A stretch of DNA of 31,989 nt from an uncultured Dehalococcoidia bacterium. GTDB taxonomy: Bacteria; Chloroflexota; Dehalococcoidia; Lucifugimonadales; UBA3495. Where the stretch lies: NCBI GenBank assembly GCA_950072105.1, contig CATMOE010000043.1, forward strand, positions 1 through 31,989, in the 5' to 3' direction. Of the stretch, positions 18,041 to 27,582 are shown one piece after another. The notes under the pieces are model-generated. The model made no database searches and was not told where the DNA came from. It was given only the letters and a program-made list of their open reading frames with translations. A program made the position numbers and the translations under genes. Each line of letters opens with the position of its first letter. Within the stretch, counting starts at the first letter, position 1.

Positions 18041-19018
18041 CTAGCCGGCCTTGATCACGGCCACTGTTTCCTCGACGACATGTTTATTCCCCAAGATCAA
18101 AGGCGTCCTTTGGTGCAACTGCTGGGGGACAATGTCCATGATTCGCTCATAGCCTGTTGAAGCGGCCCCGCCTGCTTGTTCGGCCACAAACCCCAGCGGG
18201 TTCGCCTCATACATCAGCCGGAGGCGGCCGTCTTTGCGGCTCTGGTCGGCGGGGTAGGCGAAGATACCTCCCTTCAAGAGGTTCCTGTGGAAATCGGCCA
18301 CCAACGAACCGACATACCGTTGCGAATATTTATCCCGGAGCAAAGCGATGGCCTTCTGAGTGGGCTCGTCCAAGACCTTGTTGTTGCCCTCGTTAGTACT
18401 GTAGTAAACACAAGTCTCGGGAATCTTAATTTCGGGGTGGGTCAGGGCATAGGCCCCAGATTCAGTGTTCAAAGTGAAACCAAGGACGTTGTTCTTTGTC
18501 GCTAGGACTAACACGGTGCTTGAACCATAGACGACGTACGCGGCACCGACTTGCTCGCTACCAGGCCGCAGCAAAGAGTCGTCGTTCACCGTCTCGCCGG
18601 ACTTCTTCCGCCAGATTCCGAAGATGGAGCCGATAGTCACTGCCACATCGATGTTCGACGAGCCGTCCAACGGGTCCATCAGCACGATATAGCCGTCGCC
18701 CGTGTTACCCTGGACAATCACAGGCATTTCGATCTCTTCGCACCCTATGGCGGCAACTTGACCGGACTGGGAGAGGGTCTCCACAAAGATGTCCGAACTG
18801 GCCTTATCCAGACGTTGGACGATCTCATTCTGGACATTGGTCTCACCCGTCGTACCCAGGTTGTCGGCCAAGGCGGCTTGCCGGACCTGCTGTTGGATCT
18901 GGCAAGAACCCTCGGCGATCGCCATGATTACCGCGCCCAGTCCACTGTTGTGACCTTGTCCCATTCCCTCCGAGGTTAGGTATTCTTGTAGAGAAGTCCG
19001 ATTCGCTGCTACTACCAC
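18041..19018 (-). CDS. fbp: Fructose-1,6-bisphosphatase class I
   Basis: DPLDGSSNID, GSIFGI, RYVGSLVADFHR, GRLRLMYEANP. Confidence 0.96.
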   Translation of the reverse strand: MVVAANRTSLQEYLTSEGMGQGHNSGLGAVIMAIAEGSCQIQQQVRQAALADNLGTTGETNVQNEIVQRLDKASSDIFVETLSQSGQVAAIGCEEIEMPVIVQGNTGDGYIVLMDPLDGSSNIDVAVTIGSIFGIWRKKSGETVNDDSLLRPGSEQVGAAYVVYGSSTVLVLATKNNVLGFTLNTESGAYALTHPEIKIPETCVYYSTNEGNNKVLDEPTQKAIALLRDKYSQRYVGSLVADFHRNLLKGGIFAYPADQSRKDGRLRLMYEANPLGFVAEQAGGAASTGYERIMDIVPQQLHQRTPLILGNKHVVEETVAVIKAG

Positions 19019-19056
19019 ACTTCACCTCCCGCACAAATGTTGTTTCTGCCACATCT

Positions 19057-19221
19057 GAATATATTTCTCTACCAACGGTAGCAAACTCCTGTAGCTGGCT
19101 GGCAAGGCCCCGGTTTCCGAAGATTATGCGGAATATTATTCCTTGGTTGCACCACAAAGGTATAATATATTGCAAGCGCCCTGGAAAGACCCGTCGAATA
19201 TTCAATAATGCTTTAATATTC
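19057..19221. promoter_or_regulatory. Divergent promoter region with GAATA-type palindromes (candidate operators)
   Basis: GGAATA-T-TATTCC (19130-19142), GAATATTC..AATATTC (19196-19221), GAATATATTTC (19057-19067). TATAAT at 19161-19166. Confidence 0.45.
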
Positions 19222-19239
19222 CCCCGAAGGAAATCAGCG

Positions 19240-20427
19240 ATGAGCATTTCTCCCCAAACTGGCTCCAACCAATCTACGCCAAGAGTCGATCCGTTAGATC
19301 GATTCGCTTTGGAGATCGCCCGGCGGAACAAGCTGGAAGGAGAAAGTTTACAAAAATTGGCGAGCATCTTTCCGGCAGGCGCTACAACTTTGCATCGAAA
19401 ACTCAAAGGTTGGCTGGAAGAAGGGCGCTTCGATCTGATCGATAAGTGGACCGGCCAACCAACCACTTCACAAGCCGCCACAGCCATAGATGAAGCATTG
19501 GGAGAGCGATTGGCCCGGGGGACCGCGATTCGGCGGGCCCGGGTGGCCCGTCTAACCGGTGTGGAAGCGGCAGCCGGGGACGACTACCGGATGCACTCAG
19601 CCAGCGACAGAGGGCAGGCTGCTTACCAAGCAGGGGATTATCTTCACCGCGCCCTGGGAGATGTTGCGGCTCGATTTCTTTGCGACCGGTTGCGGCCGAA
19701 TATGACCATCGGGTTGGCCTCGGGAAGAGGGGTAGCCTTGACTGTAGACCGATTGGAAGACATGGCGAAAGACCGGCGCGAATGGATGAGCGGCTATCAG
19801 GATGTCAGGATATTCTCTTTGAGCGGCGGCTCATGGCAGGGGACTTGGGCGATGCCGTTTAACCGGCCCTTGGATGCCGATGCCAATGTTTTCCATCTGG
19901 GCACAATCTTGCACGTTTCTCCGGATATTCGAACATATGTCGGTTCCTGGCTGCTGGCGGGTGAAAGGGCGGCCGAACAGGCCAGCTATGAAGGGGTCCA
20001 TCTTGATCTGGCGATCGTTGGCATAGGCCAACTCAATACCGGACATCACTTTCTTCGGCCGGACGCGGCGCTGCAACTGGAGAGCATGAGCAGTGCTCTG
20101 GCCACTATCCGCGAATTTCAAGGCAAGGAAGGGGACGAGCAAGCCAGCATCGCCGACATTTGCCATGTCCTGTTCTATGTGGGCACTGGGCAACCTCACG
20201 ATCGACTGATCGAAGCGATAAACGAGTTGAATAATGTTATGTCTACCCCTCCCAGGAAAACTTTGGAGAGCGCGGAGGAAGTCATTTTGGTGGCAGGTGG
20301 AGCACAGAAAGAAGAAGCTTTGTACCATTTTATTAAAGGAAATTGCCGTGATGCCCCTATCGATCCTGGGCGGGTCACCTTAATCACGGATTCCTGGACA
20401 GCTGAGCGGATCTTAGAGCGAGGCTGA
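19240..20427 (+). CDS. SorC/DeoR/CggR-type sugar-phosphate-binding transcriptional regulator
   Basis: N-terminal HTH-like region (LASIFPAGATTLHRKL), TIGLASGR, DLAIVGIG, ILVAGG..KEEAL, LITD..TAERIL. SD GAAGGA favours ATG 19240 over 19126. Confidence 0.8.
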   Translation: MSISPQTGSNQSTPRVDPLDRFALEIARRNKLEGESLQKLASIFPAGATTLHRKLKGWLEEGRFDLIDKWTGQPTTSQAATAIDEALGERLARGTAIRRARVARLTGVEAAAGDDYRMHSASDRGQAAYQAGDYLHRALGDVAARFLCDRLRPNMTIGLASGRGVALTVDRLEDMAKDRREWMSGYQDVRIFSLSGGSWQGTWAMPFNRPLDADANVFHLGTILHVSPDIRTYVGSWLLAGERAAEQASYEGVHLDLAIVGIGQLNTGHHFLRPDAALQLESMSSALATIREFQGKEGDEQASIADICHVLFYVGTGQPHDRLIEAINELNNVMSTPPRKTLESAEEVILVAGGAQKEEALYHFIKGNCRDAPIDPGRVTLITDSWTAERILERG

Positions 20428-20633
20428 ATCCTTCATCGCTGTCGTTACAAGAATCAGACTCCCAAGCACCGGCCCGGCTTCAAAAACTATAGATTCACGG
20501 TATAATAGTGTCCTACCATTGTAGAAACCACCAGCCACGGTGTATATTCGGTGTGGTCAATGTGGTTTTGCAGGTTTCGCCCTTTGGCCAAGGACTTGGA
20601 AACTCAGAATGGCCGATATGGAGGATAGGCTAA

Positions 20634-21458
20634 ATGCCCCTCTCGGGTATTCCATTCTTGGAGATTATCTCGCTGGCGCTGGTCTTCATGTGGACCATGC
20701 GGCTTGCCCGGTCCAAAGGCCGTAATCCGTGGGCATGGTGCGGCGCTGCTTTGGCGCCGGTTTTACTTACCATGGCTACCGGCAACGGCTCTTGGCAATT
20801 GATCAGCATGGTGCCCATGGTAGCTCTCCTCTTCATGAAGGCGCCCCGCCCTCAAAGAGGCCCAGGGCCCGCCGGGGTTACTTGCCCAAGGTGTGAGGCG
20901 GACCATCCCCACGGTAGATACTATTGCACCAGTTGCGGTTGGGAATTGACAAAAGCCTACCCGGCAGAGGGAGTGATTGCTGAGGAAACCCCTCGCATAG
21001 CCACACTCACCGAAAGTTTGGAAACGGGAGGGGCAGGGGCTCCACCCACGGAGGCGATAGGGACTGCTTCCGCTCATGTAGAGTCAACGCAGACCGACGA
21101 GCCGCCTGTTATTGAGTCAGAAGCGAAACCAACTGTTGAAGAAGAGCCTCTGCCGCTAGATGTCCAGCCTGAAGCCCCTCCGGCGGAAGAACCCCCGGCA
21201 GAAAAACCGGCCCCCGTCCCCGTCCGCCCATTGGCCCCTCTGGTGATTCCAACTGCCGTAAGCTTGACCAATCGTGGGATTGAACGGTTCAATGAAGGGA
21301 AACTCCAAGAGTCAATCGACCAGTTCACCAAAGCGTTGGCGATGGATTCCAATCACGCCGAAGCCTGGGAGCGGCGAGCGGAGGCCTACACCCAATTAGG
21401 CCGGAATGACGAAGCGGATGAAGACCGGCGCCGTCTGGCGGCTATCAACCCCGCCTGA
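20634..21458 (+). CDS. Membrane protein with zinc ribbon, Pro/Glu-rich linker and C-terminal TPR repeats
   Basis: Hydrophobic N-terminus with KGRNPWAW, CPRC..YCTSC, RGIERF..GKLQESIDQFTKAL..AWERRAEAY. Confidence 0.8.
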   Translation: MPLSGIPFLEIISLALVFMWTMRLARSKGRNPWAWCGAALAPVLLTMATGNGSWQLISMVPMVALLFMKAPRPQRGPGPAGVTCPRCEADHPHGRYYCTSCGWELTKAYPAEGVIAEETPRIATLTESLETGGAGAPPTEAIGTASAHVESTQTDEPPVIESEAKPTVEEEPLPLDVQPEAPPAEEPPAEKPAPVPVRPLAPLVIPTAVSLTNRGIERFNEGKLQESIDQFTKALAMDSNHAEAWERRAEAYTQLGRNDEADEDRRRLAAINPA

Positions 21459-21519
21459 TTCAGTTCCTCTGCCACTGTGGGTGACCGGCCCCAGTTGATC
21501 CACCTCTAGGTAGCGCCGA

Positions 21520-21577
21520 GGTTCGGAAAGCTCACCACGAACTGCAATATACCGTTTGACCCGAGCCCGCTGAGGAC
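21520..21577. repeat. Degenerate REP-like element (GGTTCGACAAGCTCACCACGAAC type)
   Basis: GGTTCGGAAAGCTCACCACGAAC...CCGTTTGACCCGAG; related to the copy at 26126-26229. Confidence 0.6.
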
Positions 21578-21608
21578 CTTTCCCTTTCCGATAATAATTC
21601 TACCTGCC

Positions 21609-22382
21609 CTAGACCGCCATGATGTGATAGCCGGCATCAACCGGAATGATTGAACCGGTGATTCCACTAGACAGGTCGCTGCAGAGAAACAAAGCCGTTT
21701 TTGCTACCTCTTCCATGGATATGTTGCGGCCCAACGGCGCGGTCGCGGAGTGTTGCCTCTTCATGTCCTGAAACCCGCCGATACCCCGCGCGGATAGAGT
21801 GTCCAGCGGTCCCGCGGAAATGGCATTCACCCGAATATTCTGGCCACCATGCTCCGCTGCCAATTGGCGTACCTCGTGCTCCAAAGCAGCCTTCGCCGTT
21901 CCCATAATGTTGTATCCAGGGTAAACACGCTGGGATGCGTTAAATGTCATGGTGACTACACTACCGCCGCCAGGCATCAACGGCGCGGCGTGGCGCACCA
22001 GGGGCAACAAAGTATAGGCGCTGACTTCCAGGGCGATGCGGAATCCTTCCCGGGATGTATCGGAAAAACGGCCGGTAAGGTCTTCACGATTGGCGAAAGC
22101 GATGCTGTGGACCAGAAAAGAAATCTCCCCGAAATTTTCTTCCACTTGACGGAAAACTTCTTCCACTTGGGAGTCATCGGTCGCGTCACAGGGCATCGTT
22201 ATTGCGCCGTCCAACGTATCCGCCAGTTTGGTAACCCGGTCTTTGACCCGGTCATTCTGGTAAGTGAGGGCCAGCCGAGCCCCGGCTTGGGCGAGGATGC
22301 TGGCTATTCCCCAAGCGATGCTCCTATCGTTGGCTACGCCGATAATGACTCCGTTCTTGCCGGTGAGGTCTATCGAATACAA
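21609..22382 (-). CDS. fabI: Enoyl-ACP reductase FabI
   Basis: GVANDRSIAWGIA, VHSIAFA, YNIMGTAKAALE, NAISAGP. SD GGAGGT before TTG. Confidence 0.95.
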   Translation of the reverse strand: MYSIDLTGKNGVIIGVANDRSIAWGIASILAQAGARLALTYQNDRVKDRVTKLADTLDGAITMPCDATDDSQVEEVFRQVEENFGEISFLVHSIAFANREDLTGRFSDTSREGFRIALEVSAYTLLPLVRHAAPLMPGGGSVVTMTFNASQRVYPGYNIMGTAKAALEHEVRQLAAEHGGQNIRVNAISAGPLDTLSARGIGGFQDMKRQHSATAPLGRNISMEEVAKTALFLCSDLSSGITGSIIPVDAGYHIMAV

Positions 22383-22388
22383 CCGGGA

Positions 22389-23345
22389 TTACCTCCGAAC
22401 GTCCAAGTGCTGTCCGTACCAATTCCCTGTCTGGCGAATGGCGTGTTCATGGGTAGTATATCGGAATCCAGGGAAAGCGCCGGCGAACTTGCTTCCGTCA
22501 AGAACCATAGGTTCCTCGAATTCATAGACAAGCTCGGTCATTTCCCGTGCCACCGGGCCGAACAGGCCCCTTACCCGGAAATAGCCCCGGCCCATGGTCT
22601 TCATTCTGGCCTTGGTGCCGGCCGCTTGGAACGCCATTCCTATGAACTGTTTGCCAGTTATAGGGCCCGCTCCAGGCACATGCCAAACCTGCCCGTAAGA
22701 CGATTCAGAGGAGCCTAGAATACAGCAGGCAGTCGCCGCGTCGCGGATGTAGATCAGGTCATGGGGGACTTCCAATTTTCCGGGCCAGGCCGCGGTACGC
22801 CCGTCCAATGCTGCTTGAAAGATGGGGCTCATTAACCAGTTAGTGACGTTAGGACCGTAATATTCAGGAAAACGCGCAATCACGACTTTTACATCGGCCA
22901 TCAGATTGGCGTCGATGAGTTTTCGCTCCAATTCATTGCGGAGCTGCCCTTGCTTGCTGGTTGCCGCCAACGGATGGTCTTCGTTCGCGGGCGTCATGCG
23001 CAGGGGGCCGTAGCCGTAAACGTTTCCGGGGAAAACGATACGTGCCCGGGCTTCCCTAGCCCCGGCCAATATATTATCGGTTATCGCAGGCATCACGGTG
23101 TACCACTTTTCAAATGGAACGTTGATGCAGTGGTATATCACGGTCGCGTTCCGGCACACAAGGCGAACGCTCTCTGCGTTGGAGCCGTCGCCGATGACAA
23201 TATCGGCTTCCGGAGGTAGAACTCTGCGAGCACGGTCCACGTCCCGTACCACAGCTCGTACACTCTTGCCTAATCCCGACAGGACCCCGACGATCGCCGA
23301 CCCCAACGCTCCCGCCGCGCCTATGACGACATGCTTCTCTTCCAT
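22389..23345 (-). CDS. NAD-dependent epimerase/dehydratase (atypical SDR)
   Basis: VIGAAGALG Rossmann motif, FPGNVYGYG, YYGP, YIRDAA. Confidence 0.88.
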   Translation of the reverse strand: MEEKHVVIGAAGALGSAIVGVLSGLGKSVRAVVRDVDRARRVLPPEADIVIGDGSNAESVRLVCRNATVIYHCINVPFEKWYTVMPAITDNILAGAREARARIVFPGNVYGYGPLRMTPANEDHPLAATSKQGQLRNELERKLIDANLMADVKVVIARFPEYYGPNVTNWLMSPIFQAALDGRTAAWPGKLEVPHDLIYIRDAATACCILGSSESSYGQVWHVPGAGPITGKQFIGMAFQAAGTKARMKTMGRGYFRVRGLFGPVAREMTELVYEFEEPMVLDGSKFAGAFPGFRYTTHEHAIRQTGNWYGQHLDVRR

Positions 23346-23406
23346 AGGCTCCTCTCCTCGCCGCCCAGGAGCCCGGCGGCCAAAATCCCTGAAATCGAAA
23401 TCCCAA

Positions 23407-24405
23407 TCACATGAAGGCCGGAGCCACCCGGTCTAAGAACAGTTCCAATTGCCGTTGCGGTTGGAAAGAAGCGAACCGAAGAATCAAAGTGTCCGCTCCG
23501 GCCTCTACGTATTCCGACATGCGCTGCGACACACGTTGCGAGGCTCCGAAGGGTCCCCAACGGGAACCCCAGATGTCGGCCCCGTAGTACCGGGTCAGGA
23601 ACTTTTCGGCCTCCGCTTCTGCTTGTTTCGTGTCTTCGGTCATGTTCACCGTTAGGTAGAACACCTTCTCCAGTTGGCTTGGGTCTCGGCCCAGGTCAGC
23701 CGTCATGCTAGAAACCTGCTCCACCACCTGTTTGTATTCCTCCGGAGTGTCCGATATTGAGATTATACCGTCGCCAAACCGGGCAGCCCGCAGGAACTGA
23801 GCTTCCCTCGCGTTGGCCCGCCAGTGGCACGCCAATAGGACCGGCGTCCCTCCCGGTCTCGCCGGATTGGGACCGATCTCCACCTGGTCTAACTGAAAAT
23901 GTTTCCCGGAGAAGGTTGCTTGGCGTCCGGCTCCCAATTCTCGAACGATCTGGACGATTTCTTCCAGGCGGGAAACCCGCCGCCGGGGGTCGATTCCCGC
24001 CGCCTGCCATTCCCGGCGTTGATCTTCATTGAACGCGCCGCCAACCCCCGCGGCGACCACTAGCCGGCCTTTGGAGATCAGGTCGACCGTGGCCATGGTC
24101 TGAGCTAGGAGCACGGGTTGGCGTAGGGCCGCCAAAAGCACCGCCGTGCCCAAACGGACCCGCTGCGTCGTCGCCGCCACCGCCGCCAGGGCGGCCAGGG
24201 GTTCCAGCCTGGGTTTGGCGGTTAGGCTGTCTCCCACCCAGACCGAATCTAGGCCGGCTGCCTCGGCCTGGCATGCCAAGTTAAGCACTGTTTCCGCGCT
24301 GTTGGGCGGCTCATCACCCAACAAGATGCCTCTGGTCGGCAGGAGCACTCCCAGTTTAACTCGGCTGTTTGCCTGGTTCATTTGGTCTTTCGAACCGCGA
24401 AGCAC
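23407..24405 (-). CDS. Luciferase-like (LLM) oxidoreductase, probably F420-dependent
   Basis: AEAAGLDSVWVGDS, RVRLGTAVL, GRLVVAAGVG, AARFGDG. Directly downstream of cofC; the start may be the downstream ATG at 24381. Confidence 0.9.
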   Translation of the reverse strand: MLRGSKDQMNQANSRVKLGVLLPTRGILLGDEPPNSAETVLNLACQAEAAGLDSVWVGDSLTAKPRLEPLAALAAVAATTQRVRLGTAVLLAALRQPVLLAQTMATVDLISKGRLVVAAGVGGAFNEDQRREWQAAGIDPRRRVSRLEEIVQIVRELGAGRQATFSGKHFQLDQVEIGPNPARPGGTPVLLACHWRANAREAQFLRAARFGDGIISISDTPEEYKQVVEQVSSMTADLGRDPSQLEKVFYLTVNMTEDTKQAEAEAEKFLTRYYGADIWGSRWGPFGASQRVSQRMSEYVEAGADTLILRFASFQPQRQLELFLDRVAPAFM

Positions 24406-24406
24406 G

Positions 24407-25096
24407 TTATGGAAGAAATTCGCCCAAGCGAGTATCGCCGAATATCCATCTCTCGCCGTCGTCCGGGTGGCCCACCAAACGTTCGATCAGCCCGGGCTCC
24501 ATATGTTGGAAAGTTTCCAGGTCATCGGATATATCCAGGTCGAAGCCCAGACCAGGGCTGTAACAGATCGCCACGGAAACCTGCATCGCGGCCGCCGTGG
24601 AAAGGTGCTTGCTAAAACTCCTAGGCCCCAATTCTGGCCGGAATGGCAGTCCCGCCGGAACCAGTATGGCGTTGGTCCCGCCGTCCCGCCGGGCCGGAGC
24701 CAGGGTAATGTTGGTGTTACGCCGGGATGACCGTAGCAGACTATGCAGATCGCTGGGTTTGAGGAAGGGCAAATCTCCAGCGATATACAAGGCCGCGGCT
24801 TTACGGACAGCCAATTGCTCAAATGCCTTACCTAGCGTATCGTTGAGATTCCGGCCCAATTCCTCCATCCAGATGCCATCGAAGTTTCGGGCCACGTTTT
24901 TGATTCTCTCGTCTCCCCCTACCACCCAAAACATATCGATGGACGATCCCCGTATGGCGCTAAGGACCCTTCGTAGCATTCCCACTACCAAGTCGGCCCT
25001 TTGCTCCGGCGTCATGTGAGGGGCCAGCCTGGTCTTACTTTGGGCCAATGGCTTCATCGGGATGATGGCTACCAGATCGGACGTTTCCTCTCTCAT
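24407..25096 (-). CDS. cofC: 2-phospho-L-lactate/PEP guanylyltransferase (CofC/FbiD)
   Basis: IIPMK..SKTRL, LNDTL, GDLP, GGTNA, GPRSF..H, DLD..DDL. Overlaps the cofD stop (ATGA). Confidence 0.92.
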   Translation of the reverse strand: MREETSDLVAIIPMKPLAQSKTRLAPHMTPEQRADLVVGMLRRVLSAIRGSSIDMFWVVGGDERIKNVARNFDGIWMEELGRNLNDTLGKAFEQLAVRKAAALYIAGDLPFLKPSDLHSLLRSSRRNTNITLAPARRDGGTNAILVPAGLPFRPELGPRSFSKHLSTAAAMQVSVAICYSPGLGFDLDISDDLETFQHMEPGLIERLVGHPDDGERWIFGDTRLGEFLP

Positions 25097-26034
25097 GACA
25101 TGTTGGCTGCCAAACCCATGATACGCTCCGCCAAAGCTACCTTATCAGCTTCCGTTTCCATGATTATATCTGCTGTAACGGCGTTGATTCCCATTTCCTC
25201 GATGTCAGACGCCATATGGGAGTCTTGATGATCTATCAAGAAGGCGTCGGTTATACCTTTGTACTGGCGGGCAACGGCCGCGCAGGACACGTCATCTCCT
25301 AACTCTCCCATCATCTTGGCGGCCGGACCCCGCAACGCCGACCCTCCAACTATGGGGCTGACAGCGATGCGCAGGCCCGCAAAGGATTCCAATCCCTCTC
25401 TGACTCCTGGAATCGACAGGATTGGGCCAACACTCAGGTAAGGATTGGACGGGCAAAGCACTAGAAGTTTGGCTTCTTGCATGGCGGAGCTAAGGACCGG
25501 TGATGGTGTGGCCGACTCAGATCCTTCGTACTTTACGCCGGTAACCCGGGGTTCGCAGCGCTGGCGAACGAAGTAGTCTTGCATCGCAAGCTCCCCGGAG
25601 GGGGTGGTCAAAAAGGTGCGCACCGGTTGGTCGCTCATGGGAGCGACGCAGTGGTCCACTCCTAGCCGCGAACATAATTCTGCCGTTACTTCAGACAGTG
25701 TCGCCCCCTGTTGTAGCAAGTGGGTGCGATGGATGTGTGTGGCCAGGTCACGGTCCCCCAGGCTGAACCAGGTATCGACGCCGTATCGCCCCAGCATGTC
25801 CAACGCATTAAAAGTATCTCCCACCAACCCCCAGCCCGTATCCGGATTGGCCAGGCCAGCCAGAGTATACATCACGGTATCCAGGTCAGGGGAGACATGC
25901 AACCCATAGAAGGACTCGTCGTCACCGGTGTTGACCACGATTGCCAACTTATCCGGTGGCAATATTCTGGCGAATCCCAATGCCAACTTGGCGCCTCCCA
26001 CACCCCCCGCCAGGGCAAGAACCTCTACCGTCAT
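25093..26034 (-). CDS. cofD: 2-phospho-L-lactate transferase (CofD/FbiA)
   Basis: LAGGVGGAKL, VNTGDD, SPDLDTVMY, WFSLGDRD, PSNPYLS, GPAAKMM. Start taken at MTVEV (26034). Confidence 0.95.
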   Translation of the reverse strand: MTVEVLALAGGVGGAKLALGFARILPPDKLAIVVNTGDDESFYGLHVSPDLDTVMYTLAGLANPDTGWGLVGDTFNALDMLGRYGVDTWFSLGDRDLATHIHRTHLLQQGATLSEVTAELCSRLGVDHCVAPMSDQPVRTFLTTPSGELAMQDYFVRQRCEPRVTGVKYEGSESATPSPVLSSAMQEAKLLVLCPSNPYLSVGPILSIPGVREGLESFAGLRIAVSPIVGGSALRGPAAKMMGELGDDVSCAAVARQYKGITDAFLIDHQDSHMASDIEEMGINAVTADIIMETEADKVALAERIMGLAANMS

Positions 26035-26125
26035 CGCAACCTGAAGGTAGGATCTATGAGTAACCCGCAAGCCGAACGAGGCTGAATCAGGACTTGGCGG
26101 ATGGCACGAGAAGCCAGTTCAAAAA

Positions 26126-26229
26126 GTGGTTCGACAAGTCCTATTCTGTCGCGACTCACGGCCTGTGACCGGAGTTCACCACGAACGGTTGGAGTCCTGA
26201 GCCCCGTTCGTCCTGGGACTGTCGCAGGA
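26126..26229. repeat. REP-like element with an internal insertion, between cofH and cofD
   Basis: GTGGTTCGACAAG-(about 35-nt insert)-TTCACCACGAACGG...CCGTTCGTCCTGGGACTGTCG. Confidence 0.6.
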
Positions 26230-26256
26230 CCCGGTGTCAGAACCTTGACGTGGCTC

Positions 26257-27582
26257 CTAGGAAACAGCATGTTCCTGCTGGTTATCCTTCCTGGCCCGGT
26301 TGGGATGTTCGAATCTGAAAGATTCCATCGCCACTAATTTGCGGTAGGAGCCGAATATCTCCTCCACGTTGTCTCCTACTAGATCCAGCGGGTCCAGCGC
26401 TTCATCCGAGTCATCGAAGACGCGGCGTGGTGCGTAGGTTGTGTACCTTTCGACGGGTATCCGGCCCGCTTGGCGAATCATCTGACGGAACTCAGCGGGC
26501 CGCATCAGTTGGCCGTGTTGGGCGCCTGCCGATGTGGAGATGCTTTCGTTGATCAGCGTGCCACCCAGATCGTTCACTCCGGCGTTCAACAGTAGTTGGG
26601 AAACTCGCGACCCTTCTTTAACCCAGGATGCCTGGATATTGGGTATCCAGTTATTCAGCATGATTCTGGCAATGGCGTGCACCTTTACCACGTCCATCCC
26701 GGTGGGCCCGGTGCGAACCACTTCATCCAGCGACTTCATGAACATGGGGGCTTCAGTATGCACGAAGCTCAAGGGTACGAACTCGGTGATGCCACCGGTT
26801 TGCTTCTGAATGTCCCGCAGCAGGTCGATGTGCCGGACTATATGTTCGTTAGTTTCCACATGGCCGAACATTATGGTGGAAGTGGTGGGGATACCCAACT
26901 CGTGGGCAGTGATTATCACTTCCTTCCATTGGTCTACGGTGATCCGTCCCGGAGATATCTGGTCGCGCAGTTCCTGGTCCAGTATCTCGGCTGAAGTGCC
27001 CGGAAGACTCCCCACCCCGGCGGCCTTCAATCCCTCCAAGTACTCCCGTATGGAGCAACGAGAGCGGATGGACCCATACAACACTTCCTCGGGAGAGAAC
27101 CCGTGGATGTGGATATCGGGTAACTCCTCCTTGATGGCTTCGCACAGGCGGATGTAAAGGTCGCCTTCCATCTGTGGTGGCAGTCCGGCCTGGATGCACA
27201 CTTCGGTGGCTCCGTAGTCCCAGGCTTCTTTGGCGCGGCGGACGATCTCGTTTACGGGAAGGAAGTAGCCCTCCTCTTGCCGGAAGTCCCGGCTGAAAGC
27301 GCAAAAACCGCATCGTTTGATGCACACATTGGTGAAGTTTATGTTGCGGTTGACCACATAAGTGACGGCGTCTCCCACTGCTCTCCGCCTGAGTTCGTCG
27401 GCGGTCATGGCCATGGCGCTATATTCCAGGCCGGTCGTATCGAAGAGGATCAAAGCATCCTCGGCAGACACGTCGTTGCCTTCAAGTGCTTGGTTCAAAA
27501 CCCTGGCAACCGTGGGGTCCACCAGGCCTATTAACGCTCCAACATCGGCGACATTTGGGCGGTCTTCCCTATTGGCCGGCAT
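26257..27582 (-). CDS. cofH: FO synthase subunit 2 (CofH), radical SAM
   Basis: VTYVVNRNINFTNVCIKRCGFCAF, EVCIQAG, PGTSAEIL, NIQASWVK, DLGGTLINESI. Start taken at MPANRED. Confidence 0.95.
   Translation of the reverse strand: MPANREDRPNVADVGALIGLVDPTVARVLNQALEGNDVSAEDALILFDTTGLEYSAMAMTADELRRRAVGDAVTYVVNRNINFTNVCIKRCGFCAFSRDFRQEEGYFLPVNEIVRRAKEAWDYGATEVCIQAGLPPQMEGDLYIRLCEAIKEELPDIHIHGFSPEEVLYGSIRSRCSIREYLEGLKAAGVGSLPGTSAEILDQELRDQISPGRITVDQWKEVIITAHELGIPTTSTIMFGHVETNEHIVRHIDLLRDIQKQTGGITEFVPLSFVHTEAPMFMKSLDEVVRTGPTGMDVVKVHAIARIMLNNWIPNIQASWVKEGSRVSQLLLNAGVNDLGGTLINESISTSAGAQHGQLMRPAEFRQMIRQAGRIPVERYTTYAPRRVFDDSDEALDPLDLVGDNVEEIFGSYRKLVAMESFRFEHPNRARKDNQQEHAVS

Noticed and set aside
19126..19239. 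Longer N-terminus of the regulator
   Set aside because: It overlaps the TATAAT promoter and palindromes; an SD supports ATG 19240.
21849..22718. 289-aa plus-strand ORF and other long overlapping ORFs in the track
   Set aside because: Antisense or alternate-frame shadows of well-supported genes, as expected in GC-rich DNA.
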